Shown: positions 20,988 to 30,729 of the stretch, piece after piece | Layout: every line of letters begins with the position of its first letter | How positions within the stretch are numbered: the first letter of the stretch is position 1 | DNA from: an uncultured bacterium | GTDB taxonomy: Bacteria; Verrucomicrobiota; Verrucomicrobiia; Verrucomicrobiales; DEV007 | Length of the DNA: 64,000 bases | Direction of reading: 5' to 3' | NCBI GenBank assembly: GCA_963977015.1 | Contig: CAXBMO010000006.1 | Span: 281,023 to 345,022, forward strand | The notes under the pieces: model-generated | What the model saw: only the letters and a program-made list of their open reading frames with translations | Told to the model about the DNA's origin: nothing | The model's database searches: none | Made by a program: the position numbers and the translations under genes

Positions 20988-23072
20988 ATGTTCCCAAACT
21001 CAGGTTTTCCATTTTCCTCGCTTCGCCGCTTCCTGTTTCTTCACGTCTGCTTCATCGGGTTCCTCACACCATCGTATGCGGAATTGACCCGGTTTGAGAT
21101 CGTCACGCGGGAGGATTTTGCGGAAGGACAGGAATTTGGGAAAACCGGACCCTACGAACGCATCGTGGGCCGGGCCTACTATGAGATCGATCCGGAGGAC
21201 GGGGCCAACGCGGCGGTGGTGGATCTCGATCTGGCCCCGCAGAACGAGCGCGGAAAAGTCGAGCTGAGCGCCGACCTGTTCATGCTCTCGCCGAAAGATC
21301 CCGGCAAGGGAAATGGCGCGCTGCTCTACGACGTGAACAATCGCGGAAACAAGCTGGCGCTGGGAACGTTCTGCCGGGCGGCAAGGACGAATGATCCGAA
21401 GACCGGGAAGCACGCCGGCGACGGATTCCTGTTTCGTGAGGGCTTTACGATGGTGTGGAGCGGTTGGGATGGAGAGCTTCTTCCCGGCGGGGATCGCCTG
21501 CGTTTGTTTCCACCACTGGCCAGCGAATCGGAGGAACCGGTCACGGGCTTGGTGCGCTGCGAGATCGTTCCCAACTCCGTCACCACACGAACGGTGATCA
21601 ATTGGGCGAACCATGGTTCCTACCGGCCCACGCAAAAGGGACTTGAAACGGCGACCCTGACGGAGCGTCTCCTGCCGCAACATCCACGCGTGCCGATTTC
21701 GCGCGACCAATGGGAACTGATCGCCACCGAGACGCCGGGCGCGGAGCTGTCGCAACTGCCGAAGGTCGAGCTGGAGTTTCCTGCCGGACTGAAGAAGGCG
21801 CACATCTACGAGTTGATTTACGAGGCAAAGGATCCCGTGATCATGGGAACCGGGTTCCCTGCGGTGCGCGATCTGATTTCGGCCTTGCGGAACGGGACGG
21901 GCGCGGGCAATCCGGTCCCGCCAATCGAACGCACCTACGGTTTCGGCGTTTCCCAGAGTGGCCGTTTTCTCCGCGAATTCGTTCATGGAGGCTTCAATGC
22001 TGATGAGGCGGGACGCAGGGTGTTCGACGGCATCATTCCTCATGTGTCGGGCGGAGGGATGGGCTGTTTCAACTTCCGATTTGCCCAGCCCACTCGGCAC
22101 GCCGGGCAACACGATCATCATGATTACCCTCCCGATCGCTTTCCGTTCGCCTACGAAACGCAGACCGATCCCTTGTCCGGACAAACCGACGGAATCCTGA
22201 AGCGGGCGACCGAAAGTGGTACCGCGCCGCTGGTGTTTCATACCCAGTCCAGCTCGGAATTCTGGAACCGGAGCGGCTCCCTTGTGTTCACGGATCCCCT
22301 CGGTGAACGCGATGCCGATGTGCCTGACAATGTCAGAATTTATTTCTTCGGCGGAACGCAGCATGGGCCGAGCAGTTTTCCACCGAGCAAGGGCGGCGGT
22401 CAGACGATGGGGAATCCAGCCGACTACAAACCCTTCCTTCGCGCCCTGTTGGTGGCCCTGGATCGGTGGAACGCGACGGGCGAGGAACCGCCGCCGAGTC
22501 AGTATCCAACAATCCGCGAAGGCGATCTGGTGGCCTGGACGCAGAACGCGACCGGCTTTCCCGCGATTCCCGGCATCACCTATCCTCGCGTGATTCAGCA
22601 ACCGTCGTTTCTCGATTTCGGTCCGCGTTGGTTGGACCAGCGGATTCAGGATCGACAACCGCCACTGCCTCGTGGCGACTATCAGGTGCGGGTGCCGAGA
22701 AGTGATGCCGACGGAAACGACGTTGGTTGCCTTCGCTCTCCCGAGGTGGCGGTGCCGGTGGCCACCTACACAAGCTGGCGGCTTCGGAGCGAGGAAGCGG
22801 GGGCGGGGAATGAACTGCTGAGCCTAAGCGGATCCTACATTCCGTTTCCAAAAACGAAGGACGAACGCGAGCAGAGTGGCGACCCCCGTTTGTCGGTCGA
22901 GGAACGATATGAATCGCTCGAAGGCTACCTGGCGAAACTGGAAGCGCAATGTCGCGAATACGAGAGAGCGGGGTTCCTCCTTGGCGAGGATGTGCCGCAG
23001 ATCGTGGAGACGCAGCGGAAGCGGGTGGCGACGTTGTTCGAGCCCATGGAAGTGGAGGCGGCGGGAAATTAG
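20988..23072 (+). CDS. Secreted alpha/beta hydrolase domain protein (Abhydrolase_10-like)
   Basis: GPYERIVG, LLYDVNNRG, WSGWDG, nucleophile elbow GVSQSGRFLREF, GTQH, DPRLSVEERY. Confidence 0.75.
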   Translation: MFPNSGFPFSSLRRFLFLHVCFIGFLTPSYAELTRFEIVTREDFAEGQEFGKTGPYERIVGRAYYEIDPEDGANAAVVDLDLAPQNERGKVELSADLFMLSPKDPGKGNGALLYDVNNRGNKLALGTFCRAARTNDPKTGKHAGDGFLFREGFTMVWSGWDGELLPGGDRLRLFPPLASESEEPVTGLVRCEIVPNSVTTRTVINWANHGSYRPTQKGLETATLTERLLPQHPRVPISRDQWELIATETPGAELSQLPKVELEFPAGLKKAHIYELIYEAKDPVIMGTGFPAVRDLISALRNGTGAGNPVPPIERTYGFGVSQSGRFLREFVHGGFNADEAGRRVFDGIIPHVSGGGMGCFNFRFAQPTRHAGQHDHHDYPPDRFPFAYETQTDPLSGQTDGILKRATESGTAPLVFHTQSSSEFWNRSGSLVFTDPLGERDADVPDNVRIYFFGGTQHGPSSFPPSKGGGQTMGNPADYKPFLRALLVALDRWNATGEEPPPSQYPTIREGDLVAWTQNATGFPAIPGITYPRVIQQPSFLDFGPRWLDQRIQDRQPPLPRGDYQVRVPRSDADGNDVGCLRSPEVAVPVATYTSWRLRSEEAGAGNELLSLSGSYIPFPKTKDEREQSGDPRLSVEERYESLEGYLAKLEAQCREYERAGFLLGEDVPQIVETQRKRVATLFEPMEVEAAGN

Positions 23073-23123
23073 GACGGTCTTAGCGATCATTCCACCGGGC
23101 CAGTTGCAAAGTTAGTAGGAAGT

Positions 23124-24197
23124 ATGAAGAATCTCATCAAGAAATTTGTGATCCCGTTCAGTGGAGTGGCCCTGCTGGTCGCGTCCCCGGTATCTGCGGA
23201 ACTGTATGACTTGCAACTCAACGCTGAAGTCATCGTTCCGTCGCCGGAGGAAACACGAATCCAGCATTTGTCCTGGCCGAAGATCACCCGCACGAAGAGT
23301 GGAGTCTTGGTTCTCGCCTACAGCGCGGGAATCGGCCACAACCAGGGAGGGTCAGGGTTGGCGGTATCCATTTCAAAGGACGAGGGCCAAAGTTTCTCGC
23401 CCCCGAAGGTCCTGACCTATTTCCCGGATGATGATGATCGTTATGACGATATGGGGAACCTGGCCATGGGCACCAGTGAAGATGGCAAGTCCGTTCTGAT
23501 CCTGGCGATGGGATTCAACAAGGAGAGAGGCAATACCGTCCTCGGATGGCGGTCGTCCGACGATGGAGAAACCTGGGATCGAATCGATACGAACAACCTC
23601 GCCGAAAACAAAACCGGTTCGGTGTTTGGGCATGTCTTTCCGGTGCCCGGCAAGGGACTGGCGGTGTGTGGCCATTATCGCAACCCCAAAGGGAATGGAA
23701 TCTGGATCGCCTATTCAGAAGATGAGGGAGCCTCGTGGGGATCGCCTCATACCATCAGCGAGGAACGGTTTTTCGAGCCCGTGTTCATCTTTTCGCAGGA
23801 TCGACTGATCGGACTGGTGCGTGAGAACGATGCCCATGCCTATCATCAGTTTGTCAGCGATGATCTTGGAGAGTCCTGGGAGTTCACCAGAACCGCAATT
23901 CAAGGTAACGCGAAAGCGGTCCATCCCAGCCCGTTTTTGGTTTCAGATCCCCGGAATCCTGATGTCCTCTACGCGTTGATTTCAGAACGGGAACCGTCGC
24001 ACCAAATTACGCTGTGGAAATCCAAGCCAAATCCGCTGGAGTGGAAACCCGTCTGCAAGGTCACCGAAGGCGGTGGCGACTGGACCTATCCCTGGATGAC
24101 CCATTTGGGTGGCAATGAGTGGTATCTTGTCTATTACCAGGGCGACAAGAAAGCTTCATCGATCTACGGAAGACGAGTGAGCATCCCGGAGAATTAA
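23124..24197 (+). CDS. Secreted sialidase-family (BNR/Asp-box) protein
   Basis: Signal peptide; HLSWP; Asp-boxes SKDEGQSF, SSDDGETW, SEDEGASW, SDDLGESW; C-terminal TYP. Confidence 0.8.
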   Translation: MKNLIKKFVIPFSGVALLVASPVSAELYDLQLNAEVIVPSPEETRIQHLSWPKITRTKSGVLVLAYSAGIGHNQGGSGLAVSISKDEGQSFSPPKVLTYFPDDDDRYDDMGNLAMGTSEDGKSVLILAMGFNKERGNTVLGWRSSDDGETWDRIDTNNLAENKTGSVFGHVFPVPGKGLAVCGHYRNPKGNGIWIAYSEDEGASWGSPHTISEERFFEPVFIFSQDRLIGLVRENDAHAYHQFVSDDLGESWEFTRTAIQGNAKAVHPSPFLVSDPRNPDVLYALISEREPSHQITLWKSKPNPLEWKPVCKVTEGGGDWTYPWMTHLGGNEWYLVYYQGDKKASSIYGRRVSIPEN

Positions 24198-24249
24198 CAA
24201 GTCCCGGTAGCAAGTCGGCACCGCGTCCGGAAGTCGTGAGCCGTTCTTC

Positions 24250-26445
24250 TCAGTGATTGAAGGCGAACTCGGTGCTGTTGAGCAAACTCACGAAGATGTC
24301 GACATAGGGCTTCGGGTCTTTGGGGTTGTCCCCGACCAATTCCAGCAGGCTGGCCATTTCGTCGGCTCCCGGCTTGCGTGACAGAGCGCGAATGTAGATT
24401 TCTTCGAGGACTTCCTCCGCCGTTTTTCCGGCCCCAATCAGCTTCTGAACGATGAAGCCCTGAGCGACTTTCGGCTCAATCGTCGATCCGACCAGGAGGT
24501 GCAGGGTTTGCGACAAGGTTGGTTCCGGCTTGGATTCGCAGGCGCAGATGGAAGCGCGACCCGAGCGGCCGAAGGTTTCGAAAAAGCTGTTTCCGTAGCC
24601 GCCAAGACCGGTCCCGCCGGGCGAGCGGGGATAATACTCAATTGCCGACGTTCCATCTGGAAAGTAGCTGAACCCGTAAGTCCCGCCGGTCGCTGCGAGG
24701 ACCGTGTCCAGGAAGACGTCCGCCCGGAGACGCCGCAGGTGAGCCCGGGAAAACTGGCGGTTGTCCATCTGGTTGGTCGCGTTCGGCTCGAAGGAACGTT
24801 GGTAGGTCTGCGAGGTGCAGATGTCGCGAACCAGAGCGCGGAGATCGAACCCGGAATCGATGAAGTTTTTCGCCAGCGCGTCCATCAGGGCAGGGTTGGT
24901 CGGCGGGTTGCTGATCCGCAGGTCGTCGATCGGTTCGACGAGTCCGCGGTGGAAGAATTGCGCCCAGACACGGTTGGCGAAGTTCCGGGCAAAAAGGTCG
25001 TTGTCCGGCGAGGTCAGCCATTCCGCGAGCGCGACCCGTTGGTCGCCGCCTGTGGGGGCGGGCTCCAATCCGCCCAGCACCTTGGCCGGCATCGGGCGCT
25101 CATCGACGAGGTGCTTGGCCGGCTTGGCCTTGAGGTCGTTATAGATGTAAAACTCCCTCGGTTCGGCGCCGATCTTGCGTTCGATCCCGGTGAAGAAACT
25201 GACGAACCCATAATAATCATCGATCGTCCAGCGGTCGAAGGGATGGTTGTGGCATTCGGCGCACTGAATCTGGATCCCGGTCATGAGCTGGGAAAAATCC
25301 GCCGCGAAGTTCTTCGGGGTAAACTTCGGGGCGTGAACCAGCATGGTATACAGGTTCGCGGGACCGTAAGTGAGGTTGCTACCGGTCGCGGTGATCTGTT
25401 CCGCGACGAACTCATCGATCGGCCGGTTTTCCTGGAACTGTTTCAGGATCCACTCGTAATAGGCGTTGGCGGCCTTCACGTCGGTGGCGGTTGGTGTATA
25501 ACCACCGCCCATCAGCCGGACGGACTCGGCCCAAAGCGCGGTCCAGAGTTTCGCGAACCGGTCCGCCGCAATCAACTCGTCGACCAACGCGTCGCGATCC
25601 GGGTTTTCCATGAACGCGTGATATTCTTCCACCGTCGGCGGAGCGCCGGTCAGGTCGAGATAAGCCCGGCGCAGAAAGGTCTCGTCGTCGCAGACTTCCG
25701 ACGGCTGGATGTGCAGCTTCTGAAGCCGGTCGTAGACCAGTTCGTCAATGTAATTGGCCGCTTCCGCATCCTTCCACTCGAACTTGGATTCGGTGGGCAG
25801 GACGATGACCTCGGACCCGATCGTGAACCGGTTGAACCGGGCAAAGACGAAGGTGTCGCCGCGATTGCCGGGTTTCACGAGGCCGTTCTCGTCGATCGAG
25901 ACGGTGTCCGGATTGTTGGAGTGGAACAGCGCGAGGTTGGTCACGTCGCGGGTCGATCCGTCGGAATACTGGGCCGTGACTTTGGTGGTGGCTTCTTTCT
26001 GTGAACCGTCGAAAACCAGGTTCTCCGGCTCAAGGTGGATCGCGACGGGCTGGGCAACATCGCCTTCGTCCTCAGGCGCGCCGGCGGCGATCCAATCGTG
26101 GAGCGAGCGGTAAAATTCTGAATCCTCGGTGAAACATTCGCCGCCGGTGTGGGGAACCTTGCCGGTGGCTTTGAGGAGCAAAAGACTCTTCTCCGGAACT
26201 GCGACATTGATGCGTCGGCCAACCATTTCCTGGGTGATCCGGTAATAGTCTCCGGGAGCGTCGTAACCAAAGAGCGACAGCATGAACCCGTCCTTACCGC
26301 GAGCCGCTCCGTGGCAGCCTCCCGCGTTACACCCGGACCGGAAGAGGACCGGCATGACGTCTTTTTGAAAACTGGGAACTTCCTCCGCCTGAGCGTCCCA
26401 GGTTAGGGCAGCCAAACTGATGATCGAGAAAAAGAGATGTTTCAT
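24250..26445 (-). CDS. DUF1549/DUF1553 protein with an Ig-like domain
   Basis: GCNAGGCHG, NYIDELV, DETFLRRAYLDLTG, QCAECHNHPFDRW, NRVWAQFFHRGLVEP, LLNSTEFAFNH. Confidence 0.9.
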   Translation of the reverse strand: MKHLFFSIISLAALTWDAQAEEVPSFQKDVMPVLFRSGCNAGGCHGAARGKDGFMLSLFGYDAPGDYYRITQEMVGRRINVAVPEKSLLLLKATGKVPHTGGECFTEDSEFYRSLHDWIAAGAPEDEGDVAQPVAIHLEPENLVFDGSQKEATTKVTAQYSDGSTRDVTNLALFHSNNPDTVSIDENGLVKPGNRGDTFVFARFNRFTIGSEVIVLPTESKFEWKDAEAANYIDELVYDRLQKLHIQPSEVCDDETFLRRAYLDLTGAPPTVEEYHAFMENPDRDALVDELIAADRFAKLWTALWAESVRLMGGGYTPTATDVKAANAYYEWILKQFQENRPIDEFVAEQITATGSNLTYGPANLYTMLVHAPKFTPKNFAADFSQLMTGIQIQCAECHNHPFDRWTIDDYYGFVSFFTGIERKIGAEPREFYIYNDLKAKPAKHLVDERPMPAKVLGGLEPAPTGGDQRVALAEWLTSPDNDLFARNFANRVWAQFFHRGLVEPIDDLRISNPPTNPALMDALAKNFIDSGFDLRALVRDICTSQTYQRSFEPNATNQMDNRQFSRAHLRRLRADVFLDTVLAATGGTYGFSYFPDGTSAIEYYPRSPGGTGLGGYGNSFFETFGRSGRASICACESKPEPTLSQTLHLLVGSTIEPKVAQGFIVQKLIGAGKTAEEVLEEIYIRALSRKPGADEMASLLELVGDNPKDPKPYVDIFVSLLNSTEFAFNH

Positions 26446-26454
26446 GGGGAAAAA

Positions 26455-28911
26455 TTAGTTGGATTCGAGGGCGGGATCGACGCGCAGGATGCCGTTGCCG
26501 CTTCGTTGGCGAATGATTTGTTCGCCTTCATGGACGGTGATCTCGCAGCCGATCTGGCTGTATTGACCTAACAACGCTTCCTGGGAGGCCTGGATCTTGA
26601 ACGTCAGTTTCTCGTCGCCGGTCCGCAGTTTGGCCGGCTCTGCGGTGACGCCCTTTGGTAAGCCAAGCAGGGTGGCCTCGGCGTCGCCCTCGAACGGGTT
26701 TTTGTGGGTCACCTCGAACGTGAACTCCCCGGAAGCCTGACGCCGGATCGCAATCGGCTGGCTCCGAAGTTCCACGTAAGGTTCGGCGATCTTCAGGTCG
26801 AAAAACGGCGAGGAAACGCGGATGTCGCCGACGCCGTTGAAATAAGTGCCCCGCAAGGTCGTCGCCTGAAGCGCCACTTTCCAGGTTTTCGGAACGGCGT
26901 GAGCGCCGGCCTGGAAACTGTATTCCAGCTCGGTCTCGCCTTCTTCAAAACGCGCCGCGGGCTGGGCGGTGACGTGCAGCGGCGCCCAATACGCGTTGAC
27001 CTCGACCGGCTCGGTAAATCCGGGTTCGCGATGCAGTTTCACCTTCACCTTCAACTCGCCGTTCTTGGAAAGCGGAATTTCGGGCGGCTCGACCTCGAGC
27101 CGGAACGGCGCCGGATCGGTCACCGCGTAGGCGTATTGGTCAACAATCACGGTATGCCAGGCACGCCCACTCGAAATGCTCAGAAACGGCATGGCCTGCT
27201 GGCACTTCGAGTCCAATTCGACGCCGGGCTCGACCGGTTCCGCGACGATCCGAAACACGCCCGCCTGCGGCTCGGTTCCCGGCAGGGCGACGAACTGAAC
27301 CGGAACCTGGCTCTGATTTTGAGGGACGACCGGCGCGATCATCTCGATTCCTTCCGGCAACCCGTGGGCCACGAGTCGGACATCGCCTTTCCAGAGATTG
27401 CCTTGGCCTTCGTAAAGTCGGACGTTCATCGTCCAGCGATTGTCCTGCGGAACGGTGATCGCGGTGAACTTGGAGCATTCCGCGTTGCCGATGACCCGGG
27501 CGTAAATCCCGGTGTGAATCGCGTTCTCGACGGGCTCAATCTCAGTGCGGTAGACAAAGTGCGGCCCGCCCAACCCGCGCATGTCGGCGATCCGTAACTC
27601 GTATTCGCCGTCGTGCTCCGGCGTCCAGACGATCGACGGATCGAGCAGGTCAGGAAGGAGGAACGAACTCGCGGTCGCCCAGAAATCGCGCTCGGGATGG
27701 GTCGCGTCGTCCCCGGTCGTCTCCACTTCGCCGGATTCCAGGTGAACGATCTCGATCTGTGGGTCGAGCGGAGTTCCCAGACTCCGCGCGTAAACTCGCA
27801 CCCGGTAAGTCTGGTCCTTGCTCGCCACGATTCGGAACCGGTCGGTCTCGGCGGTTTTGGAAATGATCCCGTTTAGCGCCACGGGCAGTTTGGGCGTCCC
27901 GTCTTCTCCTTCGAGCACGTTGGGATAGGGCGAAACTCGCATGGGCAAGGCCGAGGGCGCGCCTTCGAGGTATTCGAAATCGCCGGAACGCGCGACGCCA
28001 GGAAACGTGATCTTCCGCTCCGCCGCTCCCGCCGGATCGCCCAGCAATGTGACCTTGGTCGACTCACCCGCCGGTCCGCCCGCGGGATAAACCGCCAACG
28101 GGCGCTCGAAATCGCCGATGTGAGCCAGGTAATGCACCCAACCCGCCCGCTTGTAGAGGCTCTGGCGGATCTCGATGAAATAATCGCCGTCTTCCGGCGC
28201 GAGAATCGACAAGATCGGATCCTGAATGTGCAACGCGCTGTCGTCGACCTCGGCGATCAGCTTGTCGGCCGCATTGTAGATTCGAATCGCGAGATCGAAC
28301 TCCGATTCGCCGTAGTGCTTCTCCGTCAGGCGGACCGAATCGACCTCCACTGAAATGCGCTCGCCTTTTTTCCGCGAAACCCGGTAGCGATCGAAATCCG
28401 ACATTCCCTTGGGATCCATCTTCCCGAAAACCGTGACGGTTTCCCGGGGCAGTGCTTCCGCCTTCTCGGAGGTGTCGTTCTTTCCGTTGTGGTAGTCCGG
28501 TTCCTGTTCCCGATGAAGTGGATACGGGGTGACCCAGAAGGTCGAAAGCGTCGTCAACTGATCGCCGGTCCGCATTTTGAACTGGTGCTCGCCGATCGGA
28601 CAATCCTCCGCGATGATGAACTTGGCGGAAACCTGATGTTGCACAGCATCCCGGGAATGGGCCAGAGAAATGGGACGTTCGAGATCCTCAATCCGTTTGA
28701 TGTCAATCGCCTGGATTCCCGGCCGATAGAAAATGATCTCTCGTGGGTCATCCAGGAAATCTCCCTGAATCAAGACATCCACCGTCGTGCCCTGCTGTCC
28801 CACCCGTGTTGGCACGAACTCGATGTGCCGGTTCTGGTCGGCGGGCATGTTCATGACGCCGAGGAAGGTGAGGAGGAGAGAGGGAAGGAGGAGAGGAGTT
28901 TTTCGCTTCAT
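26455..28911 (-). CDS. PPC/pre-peptidase-like domain secreted protein typical of DUF1501 clusters
   Basis: GQQGTTVDV, EQEP..NDT, DFDRYR, LNGII...ETDRFR. ATG 28911 overlaps the upstream TGA (ATGA); ATG 28920 is also possible. Confidence 0.8.
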   Translation of the reverse strand: MKRKTPLLLPSLLLTFLGVMNMPADQNRHIEFVPTRVGQQGTTVDVLIQGDFLDDPREIIFYRPGIQAIDIKRIEDLERPISLAHSRDAVQHQVSAKFIIAEDCPIGEHQFKMRTGDQLTTLSTFWVTPYPLHREQEPDYHNGKNDTSEKAEALPRETVTVFGKMDPKGMSDFDRYRVSRKKGERISVEVDSVRLTEKHYGESEFDLAIRIYNAADKLIAEVDDSALHIQDPILSILAPEDGDYFIEIRQSLYKRAGWVHYLAHIGDFERPLAVYPAGGPAGESTKVTLLGDPAGAAERKITFPGVARSGDFEYLEGAPSALPMRVSPYPNVLEGEDGTPKLPVALNGIISKTAETDRFRIVASKDQTYRVRVYARSLGTPLDPQIEIVHLESGEVETTGDDATHPERDFWATASSFLLPDLLDPSIVWTPEHDGEYELRIADMRGLGGPHFVYRTEIEPVENAIHTGIYARVIGNAECSKFTAITVPQDNRWTMNVRLYEGQGNLWKGDVRLVAHGLPEGIEMIAPVVPQNQSQVPVQFVALPGTEPQAGVFRIVAEPVEPGVELDSKCQQAMPFLSISSGRAWHTVIVDQYAYAVTDPAPFRLEVEPPEIPLSKNGELKVKVKLHREPGFTEPVEVNAYWAPLHVTAQPAARFEEGETELEYSFQAGAHAVPKTWKVALQATTLRGTYFNGVGDIRVSSPFFDLKIAEPYVELRSQPIAIRRQASGEFTFEVTHKNPFEGDAEATLLGLPKGVTAEPAKLRTGDEKLTFKIQASQEALLGQYSQIGCEITVHEGEQIIRQRSGNGILRVDPALESN
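28861..28898. repeat. Purine-rich heptamer-like tract (GAGG-based)
   Basis: GAGGAAGGTGAGGAGGAGAGAGGGAAGGAGGAGAGGAG, inverted relative to 29296-29331. Encodes the PPC signal peptide core. Confidence 0.55.
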
Positions 28912-29276
28912 AGAGTCCATTTCTTTGAGTCGCGTGCCATTGCGACCAGCATCGCGATGATCTCGTCGTATTCTTTGTAGAGGGCGGATGCCTCAGTCCG
29001 ATCTAAATATTCGCATTCAACGGCGAATTGAATCCAGGTTTGAGTCTCAGCGGCTTCGGCTTCCGAATCGGAGAGCTTGGCAACAAAAGCGGCTTCGTAT
29101 TTTCGTTTCCTCCATGCCTCCGCCAGATTCGCACAAACCGATCTCGACGATCTACGGCCTTGGTCCGTTAACGAATAGACCTCCTCTTTCGGGAATTCTT
29201 TCGACGTCCTAAAAAACGCCATCGCCGCCTTGAAGGCCCGTTGAAAGACTTGCAGATCTGTATGCCTTGTTACCAT
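28908..29276 (-). CDS. Four-helix-bundle protein (23S rRNA IVS protein family)
   Basis: DLQVFQRA, FPKEEVYSLTDQGRRSSRSVCANLAEAWRKRKY, DSEAEAAETQTW. Start ATG 29276. Confidence 0.92.
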   Translation of the reverse strand: MVTRHTDLQVFQRAFKAAMAFFRTSKEFPKEEVYSLTDQGRRSSRSVCANLAEAWRKRKYEAAFVAKLSDSEAEAAETQTWIQFAVECEYLDRTEASALYKEYDEIIAMLVAMARDSKKWTL

Positions 29277-29295
29277 GTGAAACGAAACTTTTTGG

Positions 29296-29331
29296 TTCCT
29301 CCCATCCTCTCGCCTCTCACCTCCTCCCCTA
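29296..29331. repeat. Heptamer tandem tract upstream of the four-helix-bundle gene
   Basis: Minus strand reads TAGGGGAG GAGGTGA GAGGCGA GAGGATG GGAGGAA. A similar copy lies at 45950-45986 on the plus strand. Confidence 0.65.
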
Positions 29332-30657
29332 ACCAATCAGCCCTTCCACCAACTTCCCGTCCTTGATAATCTCAATCGGCCGGGTTCCGAAGGCCAACAG
29401 CTCCTGGTTCGCGTCAATCCCGAGCTGGTGATAAACCGTAAACAGGAAATCCTCGAGGCTGACCGGATCGCGGGCTGGTTCCGAAGCGGTGGCGTCAGAC
29501 GCGCCGTAAATCTGGCCGCGGGTGATGCCGCCACCGGCGAGAATCATCGAGTAAGAGCGGGCCCAGTGGTCGCGCCCGTTGTCCTTGTTGATCTTCGGCG
29601 TCCGACCGAATTCGGTCGTGATCATGACCAAGGTCGAATCCAGCATCCCGCGATTGTCGAGATCGGTGATCAGCCCGGAAATCGCGTGATCGAGCGCCGG
29701 CGACTTGTCTTCACAGGTGCCACGCACATCGACGTGGCAATCCCATCCACCGTAGTTCACCGAGACGAAACGCACGCCGGATTCCACGAGGCGCCGGGCG
29801 AGGAGGAGCCGCTCGTTGACGCGGGCGGGTTCGTTCCGGTATTTCAGGTTGTAACCGTGGCCGTAGAGGTCGCGGACCGAATCGGGCTCGTCTTCGAGCG
29901 AAAACGCCGCCTGAGCCTGGGGCGAACTGAGCAGGGTGTAGGCCTGCTGGTAGAAATCGTCCATCGTTCCCAGGGTTTCCGCCTGCGCATCGAGGCCGCG
30001 CAACCGGCTCTCCACAATGGCGCGGGCCGACTTGCGCCGCTCGAACTGCTCCATCGAAACGTTGTCGGGAATCGTGAAATCGTTGACCTTGAACTCGCCG
30101 CGCCCCCCCGGATCCGCGCCGGTCTTGAACGCGCCGTATTTGCTGCTGAGATACCCCGTCCCGCCGGAAAACCCGTTCGTGCTGGGAATCGCGACGTAGG
30201 GCGGCAGGTTCTTGCGCGGGCCGAAGTGCTGTGACACCACCGCGCCCATTTGCGGGTAGTCGATTACCGTGGTTGGAAGGTAGCCGGTGTGAAGATGGTA
30301 GGTGGCCTGGTTGTGATCGGGAATCCGGCAGTTGCAGCTCCGCACCACCGTCAGTTTGTCGGCGATTTTCGCGGTCCGGGCGAAGTTCTCGCTGAACAAC
30401 TCCCCGGTGTTGGTCTTCACCACATTGAAGGAACCGCGGTATTCGCCCGGAGCCTCCGGCTTGGGGTCAAACGACTCCTGGGCTGGGAAACCGCCGCCGA
30501 GGTTGAGGTGAATGATGCTTTTCGCGGGGCCTTCTTTCTTCGAGGTCGATTCGGCGCGAAGCAGGTCGGCCATCGAGAGGCCCAGGGCGCTGCAGGACCC
30601 GATCCGCAATGCAGCGCGGCGGGACAGGGAGCTGGAGAAGGATTTTTTGGCGTTCAT
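29329..30657 (-). CDS. DUF1501 protein (Tat-exported)
   Basis: SRRAALRIG Tat-like signal, GGFPAQESFDPKP, LLARRLVESGVRFV, GGWDCH, TEFGRTPKIN, GRDHW. Confidence 0.93.
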   Translation of the reverse strand: MNAKKSFSSSLSRRAALRIGSCSALGLSMADLLRAESTSKKEGPAKSIIHLNLGGGFPAQESFDPKPEAPGEYRGSFNVVKTNTGELFSENFARTAKIADKLTVVRSCNCRIPDHNQATYHLHTGYLPTTVIDYPQMGAVVSQHFGPRKNLPPYVAIPSTNGFSGGTGYLSSKYGAFKTGADPGGRGEFKVNDFTIPDNVSMEQFERRKSARAIVESRLRGLDAQAETLGTMDDFYQQAYTLLSSPQAQAAFSLEDEPDSVRDLYGHGYNLKYRNEPARVNERLLLARRLVESGVRFVSVNYGGWDCHVDVRGTCEDKSPALDHAISGLITDLDNRGMLDSTLVMITTEFGRTPKINKDNGRDHWARSYSMILAGGGITRGQIYGASDATASEPARDPVSLEDFLFTVYHQLGIDANQELLAFGTRPIEIIKDGKLVEGLIG

Positions 30658-30695
30658 CTTGGGAATGGGATCAGCAACAAGGAGGTTTATGCCAG

Positions 30696-30724
30696 AGGAC
30701 TCCGGCGGGGGTGAAAATCTGACA
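30696..30724 (-). promoter_or_regulatory. Bipartite motif TGTCAGATT-N12-GGAGTCCT (ECF-like promoter), copy 1
   Basis: Intergenic, upstream of DUF1501. Identical halves and spacing recur at 32186-32214. Confidence 0.55.
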
Positions 30725-30729
30725 AATTT

